This document shows positions 25,096-37,008 of a stretch of 64,000 nt of DNA, in pieces (positions within the stretch are counted from its first letter, which is position 1; the number at the start of each line of letters is the position of its first letter). Position numbers and translations under genes: made by a program. This DNA is from Neoechinorhynchus agilis (taxonomy: Eukaryota > Animalia > Acanthocephala), in the NCBI GenBank assembly GCA_051530055.1, contig CM121341.1, forward strand, positions 11,200,784 to 11,264,783, given 5' to 3'. The notes below the pieces were generated by a model, which worked only from the letters and a program-made list of their open reading frames with translations, was not told the DNA's origin and did no database searches.

Positions 25096-26423
25096 ACCAC
25101 ATTTCCTTGATGTATAAAAGCATGCTATTTAAAATTGAAACTTGATTGAGAAATGAGAATAAATGCTGGTAATAAATACTTCACTTCAGACTACGATCCA
25201 TAAAACACTGAGAAGAGGCAGAAGTTTGGGGTTTCTTTGATGTATAAACATTGAAGATTTAGCTTAACGACGACGTTCAAGGCTACGTATCGCAAATAAA
25301 AAGTCGAGGGCACTAAGTGCTAAATTATTTTAATTATTTAAGCCATCCGAAAGCGGTTAAACTGAACTCATTGTATTAAAAGAAATTAAAGCCGATTCAA
25401 TTTTCCGTCCATTGTCTACATTGCGGAAGATATTATCAGTTGAAGATAAAAATTGACTCTTAGAATTTTTTGTAAATATGTTATTTGAAAGGATGCTGAC
25501 AAGTAAGTTGCTCACCGAGAAAAACCATCTTGATTTGATTAAGCTAAAATTATATTTTGCAGTTTCGATTTTGAATTCTACAATTAGTCAGAAGTTTAAA
25601 AATAAGAAAATATTAGTTATTGGATTGAAAACGCGGTGCTACTCTCCGCCACGATCTGTAAGCTTTAAAGATGCTGTTTACTTTTGATTCCTGTGGACTA
25701 CAAGGATAGTTGTTTTTGAATTTCGGAATGATTTTTAGATTGCGTTTACAGTGGTTGATAAAATCTTTGTCGTTTCTTGACAAAATTAATTGCGCTGGCA
25801 GGATTTTTTACATCTTTCTGTGACCAGCGAGTTGTAAGCCTTTGCGCAATTCACTACAGAACTCTGAACACAATTTCTGTTTAGATAGACCACCTGAGCA
25901 AGGCTCGAACACCCACATAATTCGCAAACAAAGCGACGATTCGAATATATTTTTTTTAAATGATTAAACAATATAAAACACGATAGTATTTTCGTAAATC
26001 CAAATAGTTTCACTTCAAACAGTTCACATCAATTTTCTTTGTTGTACATACTCCGTTTTAAGATTCAGCGATTCATTTTTAAACGGTCGAAATTTTCTTT
26101 TTTGGAGAAAATTATAAGAGCGATTAAAGCTGTTGATTTTAAATCAAAAGAATTGCACGATATGAAGTTTGAGACTTGAATAAAATCTTGTGTTACAAAT
26201 AAGCTACGACATTGCAAACATTCAAGTTTTCGTAATGCCAATAATCGAGGTGGGGTCCGTCTAGATAAATGCAATTTTAGGTGGTGATGAGGGTAAGATC
26301 GTCGGTGTATAAGAAGCGTTTAGAGTGAGAGAGGTTCGAGGTCGTTTATGAAAATATTAAAGCGAAGTGGTGACTGCACAGCATCTTGGGGGACGCCTTT
26401 GGTGAGGGATAGGCTGATAGAGG

Positions 26424-26670
26424 GTCGAAATCACTATTTCGTTCACTTTGGCGCCGGGGCACTCGGGTCGTTTGGTACCGCGGCGCAGAACCTGATCAAG
26501 CAATTGTCCGAGAGATTGAGACGAATCACTGGCGATCCGAGGGCAGGAGCATTCCTCCTGCAAAACATGAGTCTGGCTATTCAACGGGGCGAGACGCTTC
26601 ATCCGTCCTTTCGACCGTTACACCCGGACGGCAGCTGAGTGATCCCGAGCGGTGGTGTGAATGATCTAAC
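26424..26670 (+). mobile_element. 3' fragment of a CRE-like (RLE) non-LTR retrotransposon
   Basis: GALGSFGTAAQNLIKQL...GDPRAGAFLLQNMSLAIQRG. Nucleotide similarity to 47435-47545. Confidence 0.75.
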
Positions 26671-26946
26671 GTGTTATATAAATCTCATTCTATCTGAAAA
26701 AATGTATTGTTTGCGATTGTGAAGATAAGGTTCAAGCCAACGGATCTGCCACAAGTTGAGACCAAAATCGTAGCAGACCCGGAGGAGGAGTGAGTTGTAT
26801 ACGGAGTCGAATGCTTTCGATAAATCAAGTTGAATGAGAAGGGTGGAGTGGGAGGGATTATTGTCAAGATTACGTAGGAGCGTGCCATAAACGCAAAGTA
26901 GAGCATCGGTTGCAGAAAATCTGGGTCGGAAGCCAAGTGCCAAATT

Positions 26947-28369
26947 CTGCTGCTAAACATGAAGGAAAAAGACGAGTCCATTAAATTGGATGAGTTTTCG
27001 TCGGTTGCACCAGGAATAGAAGTCATTAATCTTAGAAAGCTTCGTCTATTGGGATCTTGCGTGATGAAGAGGATCTCCCAAAGGATATTGAAATAACGGC
27101 TTCAGAGCTAAAGCTGATATGCAAGAGAACATCGGAATTGAAGAGCCATGAAGCAATCTTCTGGATAAAGAACTGCCTCTTCATGCCTAAGCTGCTCCAC
27201 AAACTAAGAACTGTTCCTGCCTTCGACAACACGGACGACCTCGATAAATTGGACTGCCTATTGCGCGGTAGGCTGGAGAAAATGCTTAACATCGCCTTTG
27301 ACGATAAATCATGGAGACAAGCTACATTACCGACATTAAGTGGGGTTCCGGACTACGACAGACTAAAGATGTCGCTTTACCGGCCTTTCTTGCCTAGTTT
27401 TGTGCTAGTCTTAAGTACTCAACTAATATTTTTCCTGAGGTCAACGCAGAGCATTTCGGTCGAGCTTTTGTGAAGTGGACAACATTAAGCGGGCAAAAAC
27501 AGATACCTAGAGAAAGCAACAAACAGCAAGCGTGAGACTCTCTACTCGTTCATCGGCTTCAATCTCAATTACAAGACCAGATGGATGAAATGGCTAGGAT
27601 TCGTCTCGCTGCTTGTTCGACCAAAGAATCTGGAGCCTGGCTTGATGCTATACCATCCTCAAATTTTGGCATTTTGCTGGATGATGAGACCTTCCGTATT
27701 GCTTACTGTCTTAGATTCGGAATGGACATTTGCGTCGCTCATAAATGTCGATGTGGTGTCACGGTGGACAACAAGGAACAACACGGTCTCTCATGTAAGC
27801 GGTCCGCAGGACGTTTTCCCCGCCATGCTGAAATCAATGCTATCATAAGTCGAGCGCTGAGATCGATTCATGTGCCCTGCATCCTGGAGCCAAATAATCT
27901 CTGCCGCTCAGACGGGAAACGTCCTGACAAGGTAACGGTCTTTCCCTGGTAACGTGGCAGATGTCCTATATGGGACGCAATATGCGTCGATAAACTGGCA
28001 AACAGCAATATAACGACCGCTAAATTAGGCACAGGAGCCGCGGCAACGAGAGCGGAGGAATTTAAGACCGCGAAGTATCATGAGTTAGCCTCTCAGTTTT
28101 TGTTCCTGTCCTTCGGAGTCGAGAATTACGGGGCATTTGGAAAGGCTGCAGCGGAATTCGTGATTGAACTGGGACGACGTATCGCGAGTGTGACGAAAGA
28201 GCCGCAGTCAATCACTTTCTTGCGACAAAACGTGAGTCTGGCGGTCCAGCGATGGAACGCTGCCAGCGTCCGGATGACATGTAATGGGCCTAATGTAAGC
28301 TGCAATTGATTTCTTAGTAGCCTTTTCATTTCTAAATAAATAATATACCAGTTGGACCTTGAAAAAAAA
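26947..28369 (+). mobile_element. 5'-truncated CRE-like (RLE) retrotransposon with poly(A) tail
   Basis: RT C-terminus (LRLLGS, MPKLLHKLRT), SGAWLDAIP, CRC...HGLSC, RHAEIN, EP...DGKRPD...PW, WD..CVD, GVENYG, QNVSLAVQRWNAAS. AATAAA, then A8 at 28362-28369. Possible aaatt TSD. Contains stops. Confidence 0.85.
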
Positions 28370-28649
28370 TTGTAGGGGCGATAACTTTTCGTTGAGAAGT
28401 GAAGGAAGGCGAGATTTAAAATATTTTTCGATGATTTTTGAAAGAGTGGGTAAAAAGGATATTCAACGGAATGATCCTGCCTAAATAGGATGTCCGTTTT
28501 TGGAAAATGTGAGTAAGAGGGCCGATGAGTTTGGGGATGTTGTAGCGAAGAGCCCAGTCTTGGATTTCTGAATTAAAGGACGAATTTCGAGCTAATTTCT
28601 TGTGATGCTGTAGTAATTATTTGTTGATAGGAGAGATAAATGAAATTAA

Positions 28650-29340
28650 GATTTTATTGGATATTTCGATCCACTATCTCGGATCTTCTTCAGCGATCTA
28701 AAACACATATAACAGGGATTCTCAATTCACGCGTCACATAACATCCGGCGGGAGTCGCATCCTTAATTTGAAATCAGGTTTATTGCCCTCGAACGTTTCG
28801 AACCTATTTATAAGGATTCGATGATAATACGTTCGAATCGCCGACCATTGCAAACTAGTGTTGTAGCGGCACTAAAATCAATAGTGTGGCCTGTGTTTTT
28901 TGCATGGGCCACCACCGCGGAACTAATATCCGCGTTGCGAACAACTGATGATTCGTGCTTCTTCATCCGTCGGGTGAAATTGTTGGTCTGTCCCACATAG
29001 ACCTCTTCGCAACCGGAGCACGGAATTTTGTAGACCGCACGAGATGACTGTTGGCCATTCTTGGGACATATCAATCCGTGTAGAGTGCGTCCCTCTTTGT
29101 GTATACATTTACTCTCTTGGCCTCACATCCTGATTTTATGATGCGCTCCATAGCAAGATACGAATGATCATCAGGGAATGGCAGTTCAACATAAATCTCT
29201 TCCTAGCGAAACTAAGGGGAGTATCGGCGAGTTGACAAAAGTTTCAGGTGTGGGCGTAAAAGATCGTGTGGTGAGCAGTGATTGTAAATTGAGGATGGAA
29301 TCTAGAACCTGTTTTAATTAAGAGATGGTCAAAAGGGCTG
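28650..29340 (-). mobile_element. Penelope-like element, 3' part (GIY-YIG endonuclease plus terminus)
   Basis: AVYKIPCSGCEEVYVGQT...RRMKKH...SAVVAHAKNTGHTIDF...IIESL, followed by a hammerhead-type terminus and AATAAA. Confidence 0.85.
28660..28693 (-). ncRNA. Minimal hammerhead ribozyme motif in the Penelope terminus
   Basis: Minus strand reads CUGAAGA-A-GAUCC-GAGAUAGU-GGAUC-GAAA-UAUC: conserved core, 5-bp stem II, palindromic AUAU stem III and an AUC triplet. Stem I is weak. Confidence 0.6.
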
Positions 29341-30142
29341 CGTAGACGGCCCGTCACCATGTTGAATTGCCACCTGATCGAATTTTAGAGGAAAGGAAGT
29401 TTTTGTGGGGCGATAAGTATTTTGTTAGTTAGAGCTATAGGTAAACAGGGGGAGTCTAGGGAGTTATTGCGATGGGCTTGCCTTTGTAGAAGTTTCAAAA
29501 TTGGAGTTATCCGTGGTGGGTCGCGGTTGGAGATCCCAGTGAATTTATTGGACATTGCCGAAGCAAGGGAATTTTCTATGATTGAGGTTAGGGTAGGCAT
29601 GGCCAAGAAAGGGTCATTTATGTTGTCAGAGTGGGATGTGCGGATGGTAGAGTTGAATAATTTTGTAAAATTTTAAATGTGATGATCACGTTTATCCCAG
29701 ACGGGTAAACGGGGGCATTTCATACGTTGAGCTGGGGTGGAGGGAGTAATAAGGGCAGAAGAGTGGTTAGAGTTCGCGAGGGACGGAGTTTAGAGGCGGA
29801 TGAGTAGGCGTCCATATTTGTGAACACTTTGTCAAGGTGAGCGTCAAGACGAGTTGGGAAGTCAATAAGTTGACGCAACTCGAATAATGGTAGAAGAAAT
29901 AGATTATTGAAATTCCCTGCAATTAAGAAATTGTGTGAATTTGTGTTGGTTATGGATTCATTATGGATGGATTTAAAATTTGATTGATTATCCTAATTAA
30001 TAAAAATTCACATTTTATTAAATATTTCATAAAAGACGAAACAAACACACATTCACGACCTTTGAACTAGATCGTTTTTCATGTATATATACAATTAAAA
30101 ATTGAATATTTACACACACTCTGTCTCTCGCAAATCATTCGT

Positions 30143-30616
30143 TCATGTATTTATCGCAGCAGGATTAAATTCAAAGCCAAGGACTTTATATATCAGTTTA
30201 CTAGGATGAATAAAGTTTTGAATGGCACTAATAGCTTCTGAGGAATCAATATCCACTCTTCTCAAATGTATATTCACGTTCTGCCAAAAATCGCGATTTT
30301 CAACCCGGAACCTTATTCGATCCAACTCTGCGTAAAGACCAAGGTACCACCGCGAGTAAGAAGCTGCACTATCGCACAGCGTTTTTCTCTTTCGGTGGAA
30401 CTGCTTCATGACGATCCGGGAGATCCGACTTCGAAGTCGATCATTCATTATGACAATCCGGGGATCCCGAGAAATTGGCGGCGGCGGTAATTCTAATCGT
30501 GCTTTATCGACTGATGAATCACTGTCGCAGGCAATCGAATCAGAACATTCGCTCTCAGATGGGGACGTTGCAATGTACGAACTTGTACTCCTTGGATAAT
30601 TTCTGTGTTCATTCAT
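30143..30616 (-). CDS. Hypothetical protein, 157 aa
   Basis: ATG-initiated ORF with a Ser-rich N-terminus and a helical-looking C-terminus. No recognised domain. Confidence 0.4.
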   Translation of the reverse strand: MNEHRNYPRSTSSYIATSPSESECSDSIACDSDSSVDKARLELPPPPISRDPRIVIMNDRLRSRISRIVMKQFHRKRKTLCDSAASYSRWYLGLYAELDRIRFRVENRDFWQNVNIHLRRVDIDSSEAISAIQNFIHPSKLIYKVLGFEFNPAAINT

Positions 30617-31409
30617 ATTTAAAATCCGTTATGACTGCTTCCGTTAAGCATATCAAGTGAGGTTTTTATCTGGAATATGGATTTATGAATTTTTAGGATA
30701 TATTTGCAAGAACGACTACTGAAATGTCGCCACAAGAGCGACCGACCAAACAAAACGTTCATTTACTCCTCGCGTTTCGTTTCTCGATAGGTCAAATATC
30801 AAGTTGATGAAGAAAAAACACGATGGGAGCTTTGATTCGAGGAATTCAAGCGAAAACACATCGTCTAACGAAGTACACAAGTTCATTCGCCGAATATTGA
30901 AAAATAATGAACACCGCGACATATCCAAAATGAGCCACTTTGACCAATAGGATACCGTAAAAACGCTTAAATTAATAAAATGACTATTCTCGATTTTTCT
31001 ACCTGACGAAAACCAGGTTGCAGAACACCGCTGTAAAATTAACGTTTTAAGTGAAATTCAGTTGCGTAACAACGCTATCACCAATCAATTCATTTGATTT
31101 TGATCACGTAAGCAATGTGTGCTTCTTCTGTGTATATTGTTTCTTTCCTTAAAAAAATTGAATAAAATAGTGATTTTCAATCAGAACGTCGAATGTGGAG
31201 CCAATTTTTCATCTACATTCGCCATTGAAAGCTCAGACTTTAACTGATTCAAACACCCTCGTTGAAAGAGTATTGAGGCGCGATTTCTACGAAAAAAACA
31301 ACTTACCTGAAGTCCCACGAGACGCACTAAATATTGTGAAAGGGAAATAATAAATCAATTTCTATATCGATAAACAAATTACTTTTTCTTTCCAAGTAGA
31401 ACGTCGCTG

Positions 31410-31860
31410 AGATTCGGATACGTAATTTTTCCGATATCCGAAAACCCAAAGTGACGTGTTTTCAACATCTGAGGAAACGGTTAAAAAATCGAAGGAGAAT
31501 CACATAATTTTCGCTTTGTTGTTTAAAATACTGTAGAACGCCGTTTATTCGAATTAATTTAGGACCGGACGGTTCGAATTCGAAATTTTTCGGATAACCG
31601 ATACCCAAATGTGATTTATCCAGTTTTTAAGGCTAAACTACAGACATCAAAGTTCTTAACGTGCCGGCAGGATATTAAAAAGAAGAAAATTGAAGGAGAA
31701 TCTAGAATTATTGAGAAAAATAATGTAGAACAATGTTTATCGAATTAATTTCGGACCGGACATCGTTCGGATGCAAGATTTTTCGGATGACCGAAACCCA
31801 AATGTTTTTATCCCGTTTTTTAAGCTAAACTACAGACACCAAAGTTTCCCGTAAAGCTCG
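31410..31860 (-). repeat. About 2.3 units of the 190-200 bp minisatellite, inverted relative to 34540-35705
   Basis: 31631-31720 is the exact reverse complement of 35243-35332, and 31514-31531 of 35579-35596. Confidence 0.9.
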
Positions 31861-32087
31861 ATTTAGGCGACTTATTGTTGCGCAAACATCATCAGTCTTT
31901 ATGGAAAACTCAGTCACTTTGCGCGTGAGTTGAAGACTTAAGTTTCTTTTGAAATTTTAAAACTAGCCACACTCGCCGGACAAACACATTCATAGGAGGG
32001 GGGATTAAAATTTAATGAAAGCGCGGACCATGTTCTCGCAACTGAGTACACGCTAATCTCTCTCGCACTCAAGCACATTCAATCGTC

Positions 32088-33167
32088 TTAAGAATTCCTC
32101 ATTTCGGGGCAATGAGCGATTCTGTGTCCATACTCCCCGCAATTATAACAATTTCCGCGAAAAAATCTCGGTGGTGGTCCGTATCGATGTGGTAATTGTT
32201 GCCTTGGCAGTCGCGTATTTCTGCGAGGTACGCTGGGATTCCATCTTGTTCTCTGGCCATATGCCGCCTGCCTTGGTGGTGGTGGCGGTGGCGACGCTGG
32301 ATGATTGAAGTTTGCAGTGGTCCAACCGATTCCAACAACCGATGGATACTCTTCACCGCCCCAACCGTATGACCGATTGACCTCTCCTTCAATTTGTGAA
32401 ATTATCGTTGGTGATGCATACCGCGCACCCGATATATCCGATAAATTTTCCTCCATTTCCCCAATTGACCTTAAGTCGTCGGATTCAAGATGCCGATTAT
32501 CTTCAAAATATGAAGACGAGTCACTAAACTCTTCATCGTCTTCATTCGATGAGTCCTCGTCCACTACTTGAAATAGTGCGGGAATATCCCTAGGAACTTG
32601 TCCCTCAGGATCTGCTGGTGACGACCTTGATCGTATACATCGTTCTCGTTCCCGTTTTTGTTCAATGGATAAAGTTTCCAAGATGTGATCGATTGCATGG
32701 ATGAGGCCGATGTTTCTCGCAAGGCATTTGATAGGAGATCGACAATTCGGACAAGTTGCCGATATGTCCTGGATACTTCTGGTCACACACCAGTGGCAAA
32801 ACGAGTGGCCGCAAGGTTGTACAACCACAGGAGAGATGAAATAGTTAGTACAAATCGGACATTCTAAGGAAGAAGCTATTTTATCCAAAACGCCTTTACT
32901 CATGCATGAATCCGAACAGCGTTGAACCGCAGGTGCAGTGCTATTGTCGGCCACCGGTTGTTGCTGCTGAGCTTGAATTTTCTTCTCACTGCTACCGATA
33001 TTCCATTCTTCGACCACTACTCCACTGCCTTGTGCTTGACCCGTTGATGCTGCTGGCGGCCCTCCATTGGCGTCTTGTGGTGCCATATTTGGTTGTGAAG
33101 TGGTCACAAGGACTACGATGTTTGTCTGGGTGCCTCTATTTTGGTTGTGGCTTCTGGATGTTGGCAT
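32088..33167 (-). CDS. Intronless RING-finger (RNF8-like C3HC4) protein with a C-terminal CCHC zinc knuckle, 359 aa
   Basis: LECPICTNYFISPVVVQPCGHSFCHWC...TCPNCR, followed by an RNF8-like helix, an acidic stretch, a Pro/Arg-rich stretch and CYNCGEYGHRIAHC. Confidence 0.85.
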   Translation of the reverse strand: MPTSRSHNQNRGTQTNIVVLVTTSQPNMAPQDANGGPPAASTGQAQGSGVVVEEWNIGSSEKKIQAQQQQPVADNSTAPAVQRCSDSCMSKGVLDKIASSLECPICTNYFISPVVVQPCGHSFCHWCVTRSIQDISATCPNCRSPIKCLARNIGLIHAIDHILETLSIEQKRERERCIRSRSSPADPEGQVPRDIPALFQVVDEDSSNEDDEEFSDSSSYFEDNRHLESDDLRSIGEMEENLSDISGARYASPTIISQIEGEVNRSYGWGGEEYPSVVGIGWTTANFNHPASPPPPPPRQAAYGQRTRWNPSVPRRNTRLPRQQLPHRYGPPPRFFRGNCYNCGEYGHRIAHCPEMRNS

Positions 33168-34539
33168 AGTAACGAGATATCTGAAACGGCCTAGACGATC
33201 AAACTGTCGTCTATTTTATCCGATTGAACAACTAGGCAACCGCCACCGCTAACGCTCATGTTGACTTGGTGAAGGCTACGTATTAAATTTGAACGTAATA
33301 TGCGAATGCGCGTTTGAATTTCGTGGAGATGGCAAACGTGGTGGTAATAGTCGTCTTATAGTTCCTGAGAAATTAAAGTCCTTAAACAAGATCGGGTAGG
33401 TAGCTCAGGTAGGAAATATGTTGAACTCTTCACAAACAATGGCAAACACAAAGAAGAAACAAAAAATACCCCAATTTCGCCTTCAATCTAACGAGTCACC
33501 AGTCCATAAAGTTGAAAAACAAGTTGTTTTAAAGAAAGTTCGATGAGAACCCAGACCTTTGAAGAATAACAACCCTAGAATTGTATCATTAAAAGGCTGG
33601 TTAAACGTCCCGAAGGATTATGATCATCATCACGTCTCCAACTCTATCATTCTATTTTTTTTCGGATCACTGGGGGCAATACCGATTTTTGTGTGGTAAA
33701 ACGATTGCTCCTAGAAAAAAGGAGGGTCCGTCGAATAGCATTCGTCTCTCCCTCCAAGAAACGCAATTTCTAGTCTTATTGAAGCGGTTTTCCCATTTAA
33801 AAAACACTAGATATAAAGAAACATTGGATTACCTAACTCACAATACTTTCTTCAAAATCCTATACTAATAAAGAAAATATGTTTACATACCCGTTTTTCA
33901 AAGGCGTTGTTGACCACTAACGAAGGCGCCGTAAATATACGAAGGTAAAATGATAAGAGTAATCCACCCTACATAAAATTAATGCTCTATTTGCATGCAT
34001 TTAAATTCTTAATTAGCGTCATGCTGCTCTGTTTCTCAAGGAAGCCTAATAAAAAGAAGCTCTCAGAGAGTAGTTGCACCTCGACTCGTGCATATGTTGC
34101 GCAGAAGCATTTGTCCGCGAAATCCGTAATGATTCCCTACGGCTTTTTTGTTCCCGTCTTGATGGAAACGCAGCACCCTGCGATCATTTTAATAAGAACA
34201 TGAAGATGGGGGCCGTAACAATGCTTGGTTTTAGGCGGGATAAACCCCTTGTTTTCATAAATATAGGCTAATTGATGAATAAAATAGATTTTTGGAAATC
34301 AAAATTTGGTCGAGGTACTGACTAAATCACAGCGATTGTCCAATTATGCAACAATATAGTCGAACGTTGATTATCCGAAAGAGAATTACAGCTCTTGCAG
34401 AAAAAAATAAACGAAGGGTTCAATGGTACTGAGAAAAATATGCGATTATTCTGAATTATTAAGCCAAAAAAATGAAATTCCATACCAATTTTGCTTTTCT
34501 TAAACCACTTCAGTGAATTTTAAGAATTTTGAGTCTAGC

Positions 34540-35705
34540 TTTAAAACTGGATACATCCAATTAGAGTTTCGGTTATCCGAAAAATCTCGCATCCGAGCGA
34601 TGTCCGGTCCTAAATTTATTCGAATAAAGGACGTTCTACTGTATTTTCCTCAATTAGCCTAAAATTATATCATTCTCCTTCAATTCTCTTCTTTTTAAAC
34701 AACTTCCCCGCATGGTAAGAACTTTAATTTCTGTATTCTAACCTTAAAAACTAGATAAATAACATTTGAATTTCGATTATCCGAAAAATCTCGCAACCGA
34801 ACGCTTTGTGGTCCCAAATTAATTCGACTAAAAGACCTTCTACTGTATTTTCTACCATAATGCTAAAATTATCTAATTCTCCTTTGATTTTCCTTTATTA
34901 AATATTCTACCGGCATGTTAAGACCTTTGATGTCTGTAATCTAACGTTAAAACAGGATAAATAACATTTGAGTTTCAGTTATCTGAAAAATCTCCTATCC
35001 GGACGGTGTCCGGTCCTAAACTAATTCAAATAAACGGCGTTCTACAGTATTTTCCCAATAATTCTACATTCTCCTTCAATTTTCTTCTTTTTAGTAGCCT
35101 ATCGGCATGTTAAGAACTTTGATGCCTGTATTCTAACCCCCAAATCTGGATAAGTCACATTTGAGTTTCGATTATCCGAAAAATCTCGTATCCTAATGGT
35201 GTCTGGTCCTAAATTAATTCAAATAAACGGCGTTCTTTAGCATTTTTCTCAATAATTCTAGATTCTCCTTCAATTTTCTTCTTTTTAATATCCTGCCGGC
35301 ACGTTAAGAACTTTGATGTCTGTAGTTTAGCCTCAAAAAACTGCATAAATCACATTTGGATTTCGATTATCTGAAAAATGTCGCATCCGAACGATGTTCG
35401 GTCCTAAATAAATTAGACTAAACCGCGTTCTACTGTATTTTCACAATAATTCTCAAATTATCTAATTCTCCTTCGATTTTATTATTTTTAATAGCCTACC
35501 AGCATGTTAAAAACTTTCTTGTCTGTATTCTAACTTTAAAAACTGGATAAATAACAATTGGGTTTCGGTTATCTGACTGTATTTTAAACAACAAAGTGAA
35601 AATTACGTAATTCTCCTTCAATGATCCTACCCCGCATGTTAAGAAATTTGATCCTTAAAATCTGGAGACATCACATTAGGGTTTTTGGTTATTGCAAAAT
35701 TAATT
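34540..35705 (+). repeat. Minisatellite array, about 5.5 units of 193-204 bp
   Basis: The anchor ggtcc recurs at 34606, 34810, 35012, 35205 and 35400. Units are clearly diverged from one another. Confidence 0.9.
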
Positions 35706-37008
35706 CATGATGCAAGGTGTAGCGAATTTTTCGGTTATAAAAGTAAATTAAGACGAAGCATTCAATACCTCAGTTCAAACACCTTGATACGCCGGCTGTT
35801 GAATTTGTATTAAAGAATCGGCTAAAAATTAGCGCGGATTTTAATAATAATTGGCACTATCAGAACTAAGAAAACATTTTCTAAAAACTATGGCTCGAAA
35901 ATAATAAAATTCAATATGATTTTAGATACGCATTTTTATTAAAAAATACAAGATTTTAAGAATGTCAGTGCTAAGCATCTTTCCATCGATCGATTATTCG
36001 TTGCAGAGCCACCTAAGCTTTTCAAAACTCGAAAATAAAGCGTCAAAAATTATTAATTTTAAGTTTTCTCTTAGAATCGGAAATTTTCGTTTTCTCTTCC
36101 AATCGGAACTTTTCGTTTTAAATTTGCTTACATATCCATGTCTTGTCTTACCCAAATCCACTGTATGCCTAGCCGTCCTCGTCCTTACCGATCAATAGTG
36201 TGAACAATGTAAAATTGGACCGCTTATATATCCGAAAACTAATTTGATGAATGGGATTATCGATACTATAAGAAGCTAATACTTTTCTATTACCATTTTC
36301 TTCCTTAGCTGATTGCCATGACAGCCTCAGACTGCCTCATATTCGCGCGTTAATGATAGATTAAAAAGTGTAGCGTTAAATCGTTAATCTTCAAGGATTT
36401 ATAATTAGGGATATAAAGTGATTATAAAGGTATGGACGTTAAAACGTTTTGTTTCGTAGAAAATAAGAAACATGGAAATTTGGAGTTTTTATTGCAACTA
36501 AAAGAAATACTCTGAAAACCGCTGCCGCAACCCAAAAACTTTTCCAAGTTCGCAATTTCGCGGCTTCGAAAATCTTAACAAACCTGAGAAATTACAATAA
36601 AACGACTTTATGAACATCTGAAGGGTGATATAACTCCCTTTGATGAATTGCTTGAACCAATATCAATCGAATGTTTCTGATTTCACTCGATACTTTAAAA
36701 ATCAAAAATGCGCCGCCCGGGAAGCGCCTTCTCGGACATTCTGGCATAATAAATCTTTGCTACTTCTCGATCACTGGGAATGTATGGCTGCGTATTTCAG
36801 ATTTAAAAAATCTGGGGCTTCATCATTTTGTCATACCCAAATTCAGATTTGTAAAAGTGTTCATGAGTCAAATCTCATTGGAGTTGCGGTACCCGAAGGA
36901 TTTTCCCTCGATGATTAAAATCTCACTGTTTTTGAGGTTCTATGACCACTAGCACCTCAACATTGGAGACTGTTATTCCCTACGCTCAACGCTTCGAGAA
37001 ACTTTTTT

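Larger units (their letters stand above)
25780..29930 (-). mobile_element. Degraded APE-RT LINE (CR1/L2 group), split by three insertions
   Basis: Minus-strand pieces in the correct order: APE end IAGNFN...LIDFPTR...LDKVFTN (about 29930-29780); ISFLPTLSKIIEK...LSPLQF (28470-28370); GFRP...DLSKAFDSV (26943-26674); KGVPQ...FNIFINDL...YTDD (26423-26290); RT C-terminus (26013-25786). Many stops and frameshifts. Confidence 0.75.
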
